Positions 34,001 through 40,142 of a DNA stretch of 64,000 bases are shown piece after piece. The DNA lies in NCBI GenBank assembly GCA_964491475.1, contig CAZBFO010000003.1, forward strand, positions 253,293 to 317,292, in the 5' to 3' direction. Made by a program: the position numbers and the translations under genes. The notes beneath the pieces were generated by a model. The model saw nothing but the letters and a program-made list of their open reading frames with translations. It was not told the DNA's origin and made no database searches. This stretch comes from an uncultured Gammaproteobacteria bacterium (GTDB lineage Bacteria; Patescibacteriota; Patescibacteriia; SG8-24). Each line of letters starts with the position of its first letter. Positions within the stretch are counted from its first letter, which is position 1.

Positions 34001-35683
34001 GACCGCAATTTCACCCTCGTCCGCATGAACGGCGCCTGGAGGCTCATCGGTTCGAGCGGCGACGGCACCGGCGGCGTCGGCTCCGGTTCGATTATCAAGT
34101 ACAAGTCCGCTGACCAAAGCAGCGTCACCACGACGCTGGCCAATGACTCCGACATGTTCTGGAACATCGGCGCCAACGAGAACTGGTCGGGATTCTTCGC
34201 TGTCCAAGTATTCTCCAACTCGAACAGCCCTGACTTGAACGTCGCCATCACCGCCCCGTCCGGCGCGACTTGCGACATGAGCTACACGCTTCTGAATACG
34301 CCCTCATCCGGAGCGCAGGCCAATCTGGGTTGCGGCACGCGCTCCGCGCAGATCGCTCTCGGCGCCAACACCGAAAACATCCTCTTCATCAGCGCCAACA
34401 TCAGCAACGGCAGTACTGCCGGCTCGGTCAACCTGCAGTTCTCGCAGGACACCGTTGACGCCACCCATGCGACCATCTTCCGACAGGGTTCCTACACCAA
34501 CGCCTTCCGCTCCACCGGCGCGGACGTCGCCGAAGCCTATTACACCGCCGACAGCAGCATGAATGCCGGCGACGTGGTCGCGCTCGATCCGTCGTTCCGC
34601 GCCGGCGTCCGCAAGACCGCCTCGGCCTACGATGCCGGAACCCTCGGCGTCATCACTAGCATGCCCGGACTGGCGCTTAGCGATCCGCTGCGTCCGCAAC
34701 CGGCCGGTACCCGCACCGTCTTCATGGCCCTTAACGGCCGCGTGCCGGTGAAGGTCAGCGACGAGAGCGGCCCGATTGCCGCCGGTGACTTCCTTGCCGC
34801 GTCTTCGACGCCCGGCGTGGCCATGAAGGCCGCCAAGGCCGGACCGGTCATCGGTCGCGCCCTCACGGACTGGGCCGGCACCGGTACGGGAAGCGTCGAC
34901 ATGATCATCTCGCCCGCGCAGCAGAACGCCATCGTGACGCGCGCTGCCGACCCGACCAAGACCGCCGACCAGATCAACTCGGACATCCTGGCCGCCGTTT
35001 CCGCGCAGACCTACGCGCCCGACCAGAGCACCACCGAGCTGAACGTCGACCGCGTGGTCGCCGGCCTGTCAATCATCTCCGACAAGGGCATCTTCAACGG
35101 CCTGACGGTCGACTCCATCGGTTCGCTGCATGACGCCATCACCCTGGCCTCGGATGCGGTCTTCATCGGCCGCCCGTACTTCAACAGCGACACTGCCGGC
35201 TTTGCGGTCATCACCCCCGGCGACAGCAGCGTCAACGTGACCTTCGACAAGCCCTACGAGACGACTCCCGTGGTCAGCGCCACCTTGTCCTTCGACGGCG
35301 ACGCGCCGAGCGACTGGCAGAACATCCGCTACGTGGTCACCGACAAGTCGGTCAACGGCTTCACCATCCGGATGTACCAGCCGATCGGCCAGGACGTGAA
35401 GTTCAGCTGGATCGCGCTGGCGGTAAAGGACGCGCGCACCGCAAAGTCGACTGGCACGACCGCTTCAGTCAGCGTGCCTGCTCCGAGCGGCACGCCGGCG
35501 GGGGATACGGGCACCGGCGACTCCGGCTCGTTCTCCTCGACGACGACCTCTGACGCAGCTCCTTCGAGCGATGCTTCGTCGTCCGATGCCGGCGCGGCGA
35601 GCGCGCCGGCAGATACGGGCGCCGCTGCGCCCACGTCCGATGCTCCTGCATCCGACGCGTCTGCGCCGAGCGCGACCAACTGA
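19016..35683 (+). CDS. Giant secreted mosaic fibre/adhesin-like protein (about 5,555 aa)
   Basis: Signal peptide ending AANAA; T/G/S/A-rich beta repeats; 8x VLPIANGG, 6x TNADLTAARTxTLP, 10x C(P/S)TC, 3x DNTYxLG...RWK; C-terminal GADVAEAY...PGVAMKA...VIGRAL chaperone-like domain. Confidence 0.92.
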   Translation: MHFWRNIFRKLLSLAIGVSFVFFGLASAANAAVGVPKILSHQGRLLDASQNLLGGAGTNYCFRFSLYDDAAVGGPDVQLWPAGAPSTMTVNVKNGVYNVGVGDVAAGGDLLDYDFQSGDAAYLNIEVANSVAGSCVGVISFENLSPRQRVMSAGYAINSDTVDGFHAKQSADGNFIPALTSGNLILGATNPQINSTGANALVLQGGAATGDVQFFSSLNKLTSAGDLTVAGTVTNAGVIINGATTDIKTGANEDLALDASGTGNIVFVGVDCSGYANGGKLTTNASGVVTCANDDSTSGGGTVTSIDGSGGTTGLTFSGGPVTTSGTLTLGGTLGAANGGTGLTSFTVGDILYASGPTTFSKLGIGSAGQVLKVAGGIPTWGTDNNTTYTAGTGISISLGNVISNTGVVSEADTLATVTGRGATTSTASSFNGGASVRGLTVDSATVTNDKILVSITTVGGASFNGTITNADLTAARTYTLPDVTGTFIVTGSAAGGDLTGTYPNPTIAADAVALGTDTTGNYVATVSGGGPISVSGTGEGAAVTVSCPTCLVTGGSLWTLAASAGSDSTISQGDTATFAAGSSKVTTTNDGAGTVSIDVAEANLNLNNIGGSLDLSTQTTGTISLTTQVTGVLPIANGGTNGSSFTTNTLTYFDGTSIVSTGINPSSVVTTTNVSSNAVTSVTAGNGLTGGGGPGAITVHVGAGNGIAVAANDVSVAVTSSGTTATTSSNSGIESTSTGIRLLGGCTGGEILKWNSGTSTWDCSADSTAGTLTARETDGSPSLAATTIEFGPTSSSDDEFVVTNEGSGVARVRTGTKIPRTDVAATVTGGWTFNSATSFTSTVDASGATFLGATPLIFEGGTVDAFKTAFNITDPTASNTITFPDASGTVAVSASGPISLSAAGNISCPTCLVSGSSLWTSAGDVGSFAVSQGGTATFAGGLGIDTSAAGSTVTIAVDESALDLANIGGFLDLSTQTTGTISLTTQVSGVLPIANGGTNNTSFTANRLTYFDGTKIASTSIDPANVLVSGGSLYTLAATSGSNSTISQGGTATIAAGTDISTTGNGSGTVTIADTSTLSSVTGRGASTSTAVSLNGGATVRGLTVDSATATEDRILTSIAATGAARFDGTITNADLTAARTWTLPNASGTFAVSASAPISLSAAGNVSCPTCLTSGSTVFTLAATSGSSQALASGDTITIAAGSNVTTTAGATDTVTVAVVSNPTFTTVTATDVDNAATLNLGASSTTVNIGNPSSTTNIYGTLSLAGDFAPSVDNTYELGTASLRWKDVWVGPGSYKLSSTAGNSGSGTDYTLGSLSFSGTDLVLKSDVVGLGTQGSLRLTTASNYGVVVGPSGEVSVGFGGSNLGAGIVHTDAFGVLSSSALDLTAEVGTSVLPIANGGTNNTSFTANRLTYFDGTKIASTTINPANVLLSGGSLFTAAATSGSNSTILQGGTLTLAAGTDISTTGSGSGTVTVADTSTLASVTGRGATTSTAITLTGGATISGGVDLSSAILAGTNPLVFDGTTVDANTTALSFVDPTGTNVITFPDASGYVLLSGGNLFTLAGSSGSNSTINQGGTATVAGASGRVSATGNGSGTVTIDVIESGLSLASMGGSLDLTTQVSGVLPIANGGSNSSGPFVTGELLSFDGSSFVSSGISAASVVTSGTAAGGDLTGFYPNPTVAANAVALGTDTTGNYVATVAGSGPISVAGSGGESANVTVSCPTCVTTSSSNVWTLSGSTGTSTAIGYGDTATVAAGSSKVSSVGDGAGSVAIDVVEANLNLNNIGGSLDLSTQTTGQIDLTTQVTGVLPIANGGTNNTGFTTNRLVYFDGSQLTSTSINPTDVLLSGGSLFSTAGNSGTSTISQGGTLSILGGTDVTTTDDGSGNITVDDTSTLASVTGRGSSTSTAVSLNGGASVRGLTVDDVTATHDRILTSIAATGAVRFDGTITNADLTAARTWTLPNASGTFAVSASAPISLSAAGNISCSTCLVSGGSLFSSLGDTGTSSISQGGSLKIAGGSNITTSDNGAGIITVATSANPSFTSVTSDTFDSSSTTLNLGPTNATTINIGNGGSTTNIFGTLVLDGGFNPAVDNTYDLGSPALRWKTVYVGPGSYHLTSTTGTSGSGANYTDGSLAFGGTNLKLATAAVGTGAIGSLQLTTGSNAGVNVDSTGKVGVGTASPTALLSVGSASDFTVDNSGNVTASGDAAVNGGNLTTTASTGNLFSTNATTVNLGDAADTVNLAGGSGSTGCTIDLNGNFSCTGSVTGGGTVGGSGAQYHTAVWASANTLADVGPGTAGQLLISQGGSAYPAYTTVSGDATINGSGVLTISANAVALGTDTTGNYVASVSATGPISISGTPGEGWTPNVSCPTCVTTSSTGVWTLSGSTGSSTSINYGDTATVAAGSSKVSAVGSGTGSVAIDVVEANLNLNSIGGSLDLSTQTTGFLSLTTQVTGVLPIANGGTNNTSFTTNRLTYFDGTKIASTAIDPSTVLVSGSALFNSAGDTGTSSVSQGDTLTFVGGTDVSTADDGARNVTINDISTLATVTGRGATTSTAVTLTGGATVRGLTVDSSTATNDKILTSITTVGAASFNGTITNADLTAARTWTLPNASGTFAVSASAPISLSAAGNISCSTCVTTGGSLFTLAGSTGSNSTISQGGTATIAAGSSKVTAAGNGTGTVSIDVVEANLNLNNIGGSLDLSTQTTGTIDLTTQVSGVLPIANGGSNADGTGYTANRLLAFDGTSFVTTSINPANVLLSGGSLFTSQGDSGSSTISQGGTLKVAGGTDVTTSDSGSGVITVNDSSTLASVTGRGASTSTASSFNGGATVRGLTVDSATATEDRILTSVAATGAARFDGTITNADLTAARTWTLPNASGTFAVSASAPIALSAAGNISCSTCVTTATTLFNFAGTSGSASTITSGGTATVTAGTNMTTTGSGGSGSGAVTVAVVANPSFTSVTSDTFDSSSTTLNLGPTNATTINIGNGGSTTNIYGTLSLAGDFSPSVDNTYELGAEQLRWKDVWVGPGSYKLSSTTGTSGSGTDYTLGSLSFGGTNMVLKTEAVGAGVTGSVQVTTGSNVGLNVDSTGKVGINTASPSAAFAVGTGSPFTVDNSGNVITSGNATVNGDTALGDAATDGITLTGEVRGASPIRFEGATNDNTYTTIAVVDPTASRTINLPNASGTFAVSASAPLSLSAAGNLTCSTCVTTSSTGVWTLAGSTGSSTSINYGDTATVAAGSSKVSAVGSGSGSVAIDVVEANLNLANIGGSLDLTTQVTGVLPIANGGTNNTSFTTNRLTYFDGTSIASTTINPSNVLLSGGSLFTAAATSGSSSTISQGGTLTLAAGTDISTTGNGSGTVTVADTSTLATVTGRGATTSTAVSLTGGATVRGETIDTATATDDLIAVSVTAGGAARFTGTVTNADLTAARTWTLPNASGTFAVSASAPITLSAAGDIGCSTCLTTGSNIFTLAGTSGSNQTLTNGDTITIAAGTNITTTGGATDTVTVATVANPTFSTSVTTPSVDNGASGITIGSGSGTTTITSSNWGVSSAGAISGLTGISSSGTVTLTGLTASRFVTTDGSSNLTTSQNSAALSATLTDETGSGAAVFGTSPAITTSLTTGSASFDLLNATATTVNFAGAATTLAIGAATGTATVNNATVTLANATTVNVNGASPSIVTSSAGTASVFNTNATTLNMGGAATTVAIGVAGASGTMNLMGGSGSTGCTVDGSNGNLACSGTITSTATSGNIGWWNRTGTTLSPSNSGDNVTTSGNVSTTGSGTITSAALLTASNGFTQTTGATNVTGTSGSIALTGFGSTSITSTNSGSNAFSLSDSALTTASLASLTSTNNSAANTAWSADVFNVTNAQGTTAVSTGSIAGVDVQFTQGTTVAGNNDTALRVNLAQNNSSSTDATLSSLVSLANNDTATGNQITVTDGLNIAGANVTNGINLSGTFGTNLITSSNFSVTQAGLVTTADDIAVNGADVTTTSSGTATLFNTNATTLNAGGAATTVNVGIAGASGTMALMGGSGSTGCTVDGSNGNFTCSGTITSTATSGNLGWWNRTGTTLSPVNAGDNVTTTGNVSTTSSGTITSAGTLTASNGFTQTTGATSVTGTSGSIALTGFGSTAITSTTATGNVFNLADTSLTTGTGFRSATTSTATTNTAFSANVFAATFAQATAANTSGVNGLDVQWTQNPTVAGNTNESMLRLQNQLVNSTTDTSVANGLLIDNADTSATGSTAITNAINISQSGGLATTAAYTNYLNATNWSVTSAGAETLASDLAVNGGNLTSSATTFNLLNSGVTTLNEGGAATTVAIGIAGASGTMDLMGGSGSTGCTINGSNGNLTCSGTISGTFAVKWSDLQNPTANESLAMGANTSTFTYNATTGAGVNLYTLVDTASNTGTGYILSAETAASSAAKPFRVVARANTIIDTTSTGGVTIGNATAAQAVTVDAGTATLNFGNSNNARAINIGTGTAVDTIHIGDGGTGADVITIGSNVAGQTLALDAGTGAAAITIGNSATAHGIQIGTGAAVQTISIGSTNSTSATTVSAGSGNLALTATSGGVNLSTTTSGTINFQPLGSGTTGIVQVGAGGAGSTTPDLLAVDVKSNAGDPATTQNGYMYYNGSTNKFRCYENGAWKDCDTNTGSAPRLDQIIAATAANTIANANFAQTWNWGTLTTQTAMTFGGGSAMTTGSVFNLSGGTYVHTGTVTETGSLATLNVTDSSSNTGGNPVTNGLLITPTFSTTASAGTKVLNGLKVDPTLTSCGTTAGTCTLSDIVANTPALTQTTTNTMNINALQLPTAGALVQNTAAGTINWNGLTMQMPNITQTTGTVTSTGVKVTGGTVTSGTSYAFVSDSNAGNVGVGTLTPTRTLDVNGNMGGSSVTSAQSLTSTQTVTVSTKAVAFYLSEDSTTTNSDVDITFNLTGLPDVDGTYAFFYLSAKKGVTTNAHLTTVDVSINGNAITNALVKSSTATVASTIDRNFTLVRMNGAWRLIGSSGDGTGGVGSGSIIKYKSADQSSVTTTLANDSDMFWNIGANENWSGFFAVQVFSNSNSPDLNVAITAPSGATCDMSYTLLNTPSSGAQANLGCGTRSAQIALGANTENILFISANISNGSTAGSVNLQFSQDTVDATHATIFRQGSYTNAFRSTGADVAEAYYTADSSMNAGDVVALDPSFRAGVRKTASAYDAGTLGVITSMPGLALSDPLRPQPAGTRTVFMALNGRVPVKVSDESGPIAAGDFLAASSTPGVAMKAAKAGPVIGRALTDWAGTGTGSVDMIISPAQQNAIVTRAADPTKTADQINSDILAAVSAQTYAPDQSTTELNVDRVVAGLSIISDKGIFNGLTVDSIGSLHDAITLASDAVFIGRPYFNSDTAGFAVITPGDSSVNVTFDKPYETTPVVSATLSFDGDAPSDWQNIRYVVTDKSVNGFTIRMYQPIGQDVKFSWIALAVKDARTAKSTGTTASVSVPAPSGTPAGDTGTGDSGSFSSTTTSDAAPSSDASSSDAGAASAPADTGAAAPTSDAPASDASAPSATN

Positions 35684-35733
35684 TTGACGGCGCGGGATGG
35701 TAGCCGTACCGTTGCACCGTAGAACACCCCTTA

Positions 35734-36162
35734 ATGCTGAAACGTATGAAATCGGTCCTCAAGTACCTCGGGGCGAGCGCGGTCATCCTTCTCCTTGCCG
35801 GTTCGCTGGCCGAAAATGCGCTGCAGTACGGGCAAATCAAGGCGCTCAAGTCCGATCCGGCCTACACGGCCTCGAAGGAAACCGCGTCGCTCATCGCCGC
35901 TGTCGGCCGCCTGATGGTCCTGCCGGACGAGACGCCGACCATCGCCACGGTCGACGACATGGACAAGCTGAAGGGTCAGGCGTTCTTCGCCAACGCCAAG
36001 AAAGGGGACAAGGTGCTGATCTTCACGAACGCCAAGAAGGCCGTGCTGTACGACCCCGTAGCCGACAAGATCGTCGAGTCGGCGCCGCTCTCCGCCGCCA
36101 GCGCCCCGGCATCGGATGACTCGACCAAGACGGATACCTCCCAAAAAGACACTTCGCAGTAA
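35734..36162 (+). CDS. Single-TM hypothetical protein co-oriented with the fibre gene
   Basis: N-terminal TM; LPDETPTIATV...FFANAKKGDKVLIF...KAVLYDP. Confidence 0.82.
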   Translation: MLKRMKSVLKYLGASAVILLLAGSLAENALQYGQIKALKSDPAYTASKETASLIAAVGRLMVLPDETPTIATVDDMDKLKGQAFFANAKKGDKVLIFTNAKKAVLYDPVADKIVESAPLSAASAPASDDSTKTDTSQKDTSQ

Positions 36163-36186
36163 GCAACGCCGTTGCATGCCACGACG

Positions 36187-38691
36187 ATGACGACTTGGAA
36201 ACGCGCAATCCGGTTGCTGGGCGGAATCGCGCTTGCCGTCGCAATGACGGCGGGCGCGACGTCCGTTGCGTTTGCCGACAATTACTCCAGCGCCAGCTTC
36301 ACCGTCAGCAACCCGGTCATCGACAACGGCGGGGGATTGTCGTCATCCGCGCACTTCCTGAACTATTCCAGTTTCGGACAGACCCAGTTCGAGGTGGAAT
36401 CCAGTTCCAACTTCATCGACTGCAACGGCTTCCTGTATTTCGAGTCGGCCAGCAAGCCCACGGTGACTTCGCTGACCGCCGGCAACGCCACGGTGACCCT
36501 GGGGTGGGCCACCTCTTTCGGCGTCTGCGGCAACGTCATCACCAAATACAAGATCGGCGTTTCCGGCGCCAGCGGCGGCCCGTACGTCTTCGGCGACGAG
36601 GTCGCCGGCAACGTGCTGACGTTTCCCAAGACCGGCCTCACCAACTGCACGCCCTACTACTTCGTGATCCAGGCGATTTCCGGCACTACGGTGCTGGCGA
36701 CTTCTGCCGAGGTCACCGGTACGCCTACCAATGGCAGCTGCAGCGGAGGGGGCGGAGGAGGGGGCGGTGGCGGTGGCTGCGGCTTGAACTGCGGCGACCA
36801 CATCTGCTGCATCAATTACGAGAACACCGCCTCGTGCCCTTCGGACTGCCCGGCCCCGCCGCCGTCGCCACCGGCTCCGGTGGTTACGCCTCCCGGCCCG
36901 CAGTGCGTGCCGCAATGTTCAAGCGTGTCTTATGACTTGTACATCGTAGACCCCGACGGTACCGAACGTCACAGCGGCACTTCCTGGACGCATGACCGCG
37001 CTATCGACGCTAGCACCGTCGAGCACGCCTTTGAGGACAAGGGCAACGACTTCGACTACAACGACGTCATCGTCGACGTCAACAAGGCCGACTGCCACAC
37101 TTTGTCCGCCAAGGTGGTCAGCATCGACGCCGGCTGGCACCACCAGATCTGGTTCGCGCTGTACTACGACGGCGTCAAGAAGCGCACCGTGATGATTTCG
37201 CCGGACTCTCACCAGGCGGCCGGTTCGTCGCTAGTCATCGACGGCGGCACGCCCGACATGTGCGGCGGCTCCAACGCCCTGACCGTGGTGGTCAGCGGCC
37301 CGGACGGCAAGCCTGAACCCATCCGCGAGGGCGACCTGATCAAGGCCGACCAGGACACCGTCTACTACTACGGCCGTGACGGCAAACGTCACCCTTTCCC
37401 GCATTTCAAGATTTACGACAGCTGGTACGGAGACAAGTTCGCAGCAGTCAGGCATATCGCGCCGGCCGATTTGGCCACGATTCCGGTCGGTCCGAACGTG
37501 CTCTACCGCCCGGGCAGCCGCTTGGTAAAGCTGCTGACCGATCCCAAGGTGTACGCGGTCGCGGCACAAGGCGTCTTGCGCTGGGTCACCACCGGCGACG
37601 TCGCCACCTCGCTGTTCGGCACCAACTGGAAGCGCTTCGTCGAAGACCTGAACGACGCTTTCTTCAACGACTACGTCATCGGCGCGCCCATCAACGCCCC
37701 GGGCGAATACGGCGCCGCGTCGGACTACGCCAAGTACAAGAGCATCGACGACAACCAGAAGCTGCCGACGACCTCGCCGCCGCAGCTGCCGCCGGTCAGC
37801 TCGACGGTGCTGCCTGCCTGCACGGTCGCCTCGCCTTTCGAAAGCATCCTCGGCGTCGGGGTGACCGACCCGCAGGTGCAGACGCTGCAGCAGCTGCTGC
37901 AGTGCCTGGGCTTCTTTCCTGCTGCGGTTACGCCGAACGGCATTTACGGTGCGGCCACCGAATCGGCAGTGAAGGACTTTCAGGACGCCAACGGCCTCAA
38001 CGTGGTCGGTTTCCTCTCCAATGAGACCCGTTCGATGCTGAACCGTTTCGTCCTGCCGCCCAACTCTGAAGTGATTCCCGAGACGCCGGTTCCGGTTCCG
38101 ACGCCGGTTCCCGCGACGCCCGTGGCAGCGGCGCCAACGCCCACCTGCACGGCTTCCTCACCGACGACGCACTCCTTCGGTGCCGGCAGCACGGATTCGC
38201 AGGTGCTTCCTATGCAGCAGCTGCTGCGGTGCCTGGGCTTCTTCCCCAAGACGGTCGCGCCCAACGGCGTGATGGGCCCGACCACCGTGGCCTCGCTCAA
38301 GGCCTTCCAGACGGCCAACGGCCTGACGGCGACAGGCGCTACCAACGATGCCACCAACACCAAGCTCAACAGCTACATTCCGGGGACGCCGACCGGCAAC
38401 ACCACGACCACGGGTTCCGCGTCGAGTTCCGCGCCATCTCCGGCTCCGACGGCCTGCACGGCGTCCGTGACGTTCAACAAGCAGTTGCAGGCCGGGGACG
38501 AGGATCCGCAGGCGCTGGCGTTGCAGCAGCTGCTGCGGTGCCTGGGCTTCTTCCCCAAGACGGTCGCGCCCAACGGCGTGATGGGCCCGACCACCGTGGC
38601 CTCGCTCAAGGCCTTCCAGACGGCAAAGGGCATCTCGGCCACGGGCATCATCGGTCCGCTGACGCAGGCGGCACTGAACGCCTACCGTTAA
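36187..38691 (+). CDS. Secreted multidomain surface protein: FN3-like, Gly/Cys/Pro linker, conserved module, three PG_binding_1-like domains
   Basis: Signal peptide ending AFA; YYFVIQA FN3 strand; 3x (L/M)QQLLxCLGFF...G..G..T...K.FQ. Confidence 0.88.
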   Translation: MTTWKRAIRLLGGIALAVAMTAGATSVAFADNYSSASFTVSNPVIDNGGGLSSSAHFLNYSSFGQTQFEVESSSNFIDCNGFLYFESASKPTVTSLTAGNATVTLGWATSFGVCGNVITKYKIGVSGASGGPYVFGDEVAGNVLTFPKTGLTNCTPYYFVIQAISGTTVLATSAEVTGTPTNGSCSGGGGGGGGGGGCGLNCGDHICCINYENTASCPSDCPAPPPSPPAPVVTPPGPQCVPQCSSVSYDLYIVDPDGTERHSGTSWTHDRAIDASTVEHAFEDKGNDFDYNDVIVDVNKADCHTLSAKVVSIDAGWHHQIWFALYYDGVKKRTVMISPDSHQAAGSSLVIDGGTPDMCGGSNALTVVVSGPDGKPEPIREGDLIKADQDTVYYYGRDGKRHPFPHFKIYDSWYGDKFAAVRHIAPADLATIPVGPNVLYRPGSRLVKLLTDPKVYAVAAQGVLRWVTTGDVATSLFGTNWKRFVEDLNDAFFNDYVIGAPINAPGEYGAASDYAKYKSIDDNQKLPTTSPPQLPPVSSTVLPACTVASPFESILGVGVTDPQVQTLQQLLQCLGFFPAAVTPNGIYGAATESAVKDFQDANGLNVVGFLSNETRSMLNRFVLPPNSEVIPETPVPVPTPVPATPVAAAPTPTCTASSPTTHSFGAGSTDSQVLPMQQLLRCLGFFPKTVAPNGVMGPTTVASLKAFQTANGLTATGATNDATNTKLNSYIPGTPTGNTTTTGSASSSAPSPAPTACTASVTFNKQLQAGDEDPQALALQQLLRCLGFFPKTVAPNGVMGPTTVASLKAFQTAKGISATGIIGPLTQAALNAYR
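38213..38624 (+). repeat. 103-bp identical direct repeat (38213-38315 and 38522-38624) encoding PG-binding domains 2 and 3
   Basis: tgcagcagctgctgcggtgcc...aaggccttccagacggc occurs twice. Confidence 0.92.
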
Positions 38692-38785
38692 AAGCGCGGC
38701 GCTATGCCGGATGGTGCGGACCGTCCGGCATTTGCTATACTTCCCGTGGATAACAGGCCGCATGGAGGCCGCTCCCCCAAGCAAC

Positions 38786-39493
38786 ATGCCAAAACTCCTC
38801 GAAATCATCGTGGTGCTCATCATTTCCACTTACACGGCAGTAATGGGCTATTCGTTCGGCGTGGTCACCGAGACTGACGCCTCCATTGCGACCTCGTTCA
38901 TGCGGCAGATCATGCATCGGCCGGGCGACACCTCCACCTACGCCACCCGCGATTGGAAGACTTGGAACGACGGCAGGTTCGATAACGCCGGCAAGACCTA
39001 CTCGGGATTCTCCGTCAAGTACCCGCGCGACTTCGAAGCGGTCCATGGAGAGGAGGCCAACGGTAATTTTGTCGGCAGGCCTTCGGTGAAGCTGTCCTTC
39101 CCTCGGGATGCCTACGCCACGCCCAAAACCAACTTCGGCGAGGCCTATATGACCATCAGCGTCGATGACGCCAAGGATGCCGTGCGGTCCTGCTACAATA
39201 ACCCCGACGCTGCCGCACCGGAAAAGACCCTTCAAAACGTGGTGACCGTGGCTGGCATCGGCTTCCATCGTGCCGAAGTACGTGACGCGGCCGCAGGCAA
39301 TCGCTATGATTCGCGCGTGTATCGCGTCTTGCGCGGTTCGCGCTGCTACGAAGCCGTGCTGACGGTCCATACCGGCGCCATCGGCAACTACGATCCCGGT
39401 ACCGTCGCCGAGTTCGACAAAGAGAAGGCGTTCTCCCTGCTGCAGAAGATGCTGACTACCTTCCAGTTCACCGACAAGGCGCCGACGCCCTAA
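38786..39493 (+). CDS. Membrane-anchored hypothetical protein (PsbP-like fold possible)
   Basis: N-terminal TM; WKTW...GFSVKYP; ends MLTTFQF. Confidence 0.75.
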   Translation: MPKLLEIIVVLIISTYTAVMGYSFGVVTETDASIATSFMRQIMHRPGDTSTYATRDWKTWNDGRFDNAGKTYSGFSVKYPRDFEAVHGEEANGNFVGRPSVKLSFPRDAYATPKTNFGEAYMTISVDDAKDAVRSCYNNPDAAAPEKTLQNVVTVAGIGFHRAEVRDAAAGNRYDSRVYRVLRGSRCYEAVLTVHTGAIGNYDPGTVAEFDKEKAFSLLQKMLTTFQFTDKAPTP

Positions 39494-39506
39494 CCTCCAT
39501 TCGCGC

Positions 39507-40073
39507 ATGCAACCCACTTCTTCCGGAAACCGTATCGCCGTGTTCGGCGGAGGCTGCTTCTGGTGCACCGAGGCTGTCTTCAAGATGTTCCGCGGCGTCA
39601 TCGCCGTTTCGCCCGGTTATGCCGGCGGCACCGTGATGAATCCCACCTACGACCAGGTGTGCACCGGGCGCACCGGCCACGCCGAAGTCGTGCGCATCGA
39701 GTTCGATCCCGCGCTGGTCAGCTACGAGACCCTGTTGACGGTGTTCTTCGCCACCCACGACCCCACGACGCTCAATCGCCAGGGCAACGACATCGGCACG
39801 CAGTACCGTTCGTCCGTGTTCTATGCCGACGACGAGCAGGCGGCCCAGGCCAAGGCGTACATCGCCGCCTTGGAGCGCGAGTCGCCGGGCGGGGATCCCA
39901 TCGTGACCACGCTGGAGCCGCTCAATGCCTTTTATCCCGCCGAGGACTATCACCGCGACTATTACGCGCGCAACAAGGACGCGGGGTACTGCCAGGTAGT
40001 AATCAACCCCAAGCTCAAGAAGGTCAAGGAGAAGTTCGCCTCGCTGCTCGATGCCGCCGCTTCGGCGGAATAG
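39507..40073 (+). CDS. msrA: Peptide-methionine (S)-S-oxide reductase
   Basis: GGGCFWC, GHAEVV, HDPT, RQGNDIGTQYRS, AEDYH. Confidence 0.96.
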   Translation: MQPTSSGNRIAVFGGGCFWCTEAVFKMFRGVIAVSPGYAGGTVMNPTYDQVCTGRTGHAEVVRIEFDPALVSYETLLTVFFATHDPTTLNRQGNDIGTQYRSSVFYADDEQAAQAKAYIAALERESPGGDPIVTTLEPLNAFYPAEDYHRDYYARNKDAGYCQVVINPKLKKVKEKFASLLDAAASAE

Positions 40074-40093
40074 CGCGGGTGATGCTGAAAAAG

Positions 40094-40122
40094 AAAACCG
40101 CTCGCCTTAGGCGAGCGGTTTT
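40094..40122. terminator. Bidirectional intrinsic terminator
   Basis: aaaa-ccgctcgcc-tta-ggcgagcgg-tttt. Confidence 0.85.
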
Positions 40123-40142
40123 GCGTCGTGCGGCGAGACGCC

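Noticed and set aside
19016-35683. Prophage tail-fibre gene or DGR target
   Set aside because: It has a Sec signal peptide. There are no phage structural genes, integrase or reverse transcriptase in the window, and I saw no adenine-specific repeat pair.
36741-36780. G-rich tract as a G-quadruplex or phase-variable repeat
   Set aside because: It encodes an in-frame poly-Gly linker with mixed codons, not a slippage-prone homopolymer.
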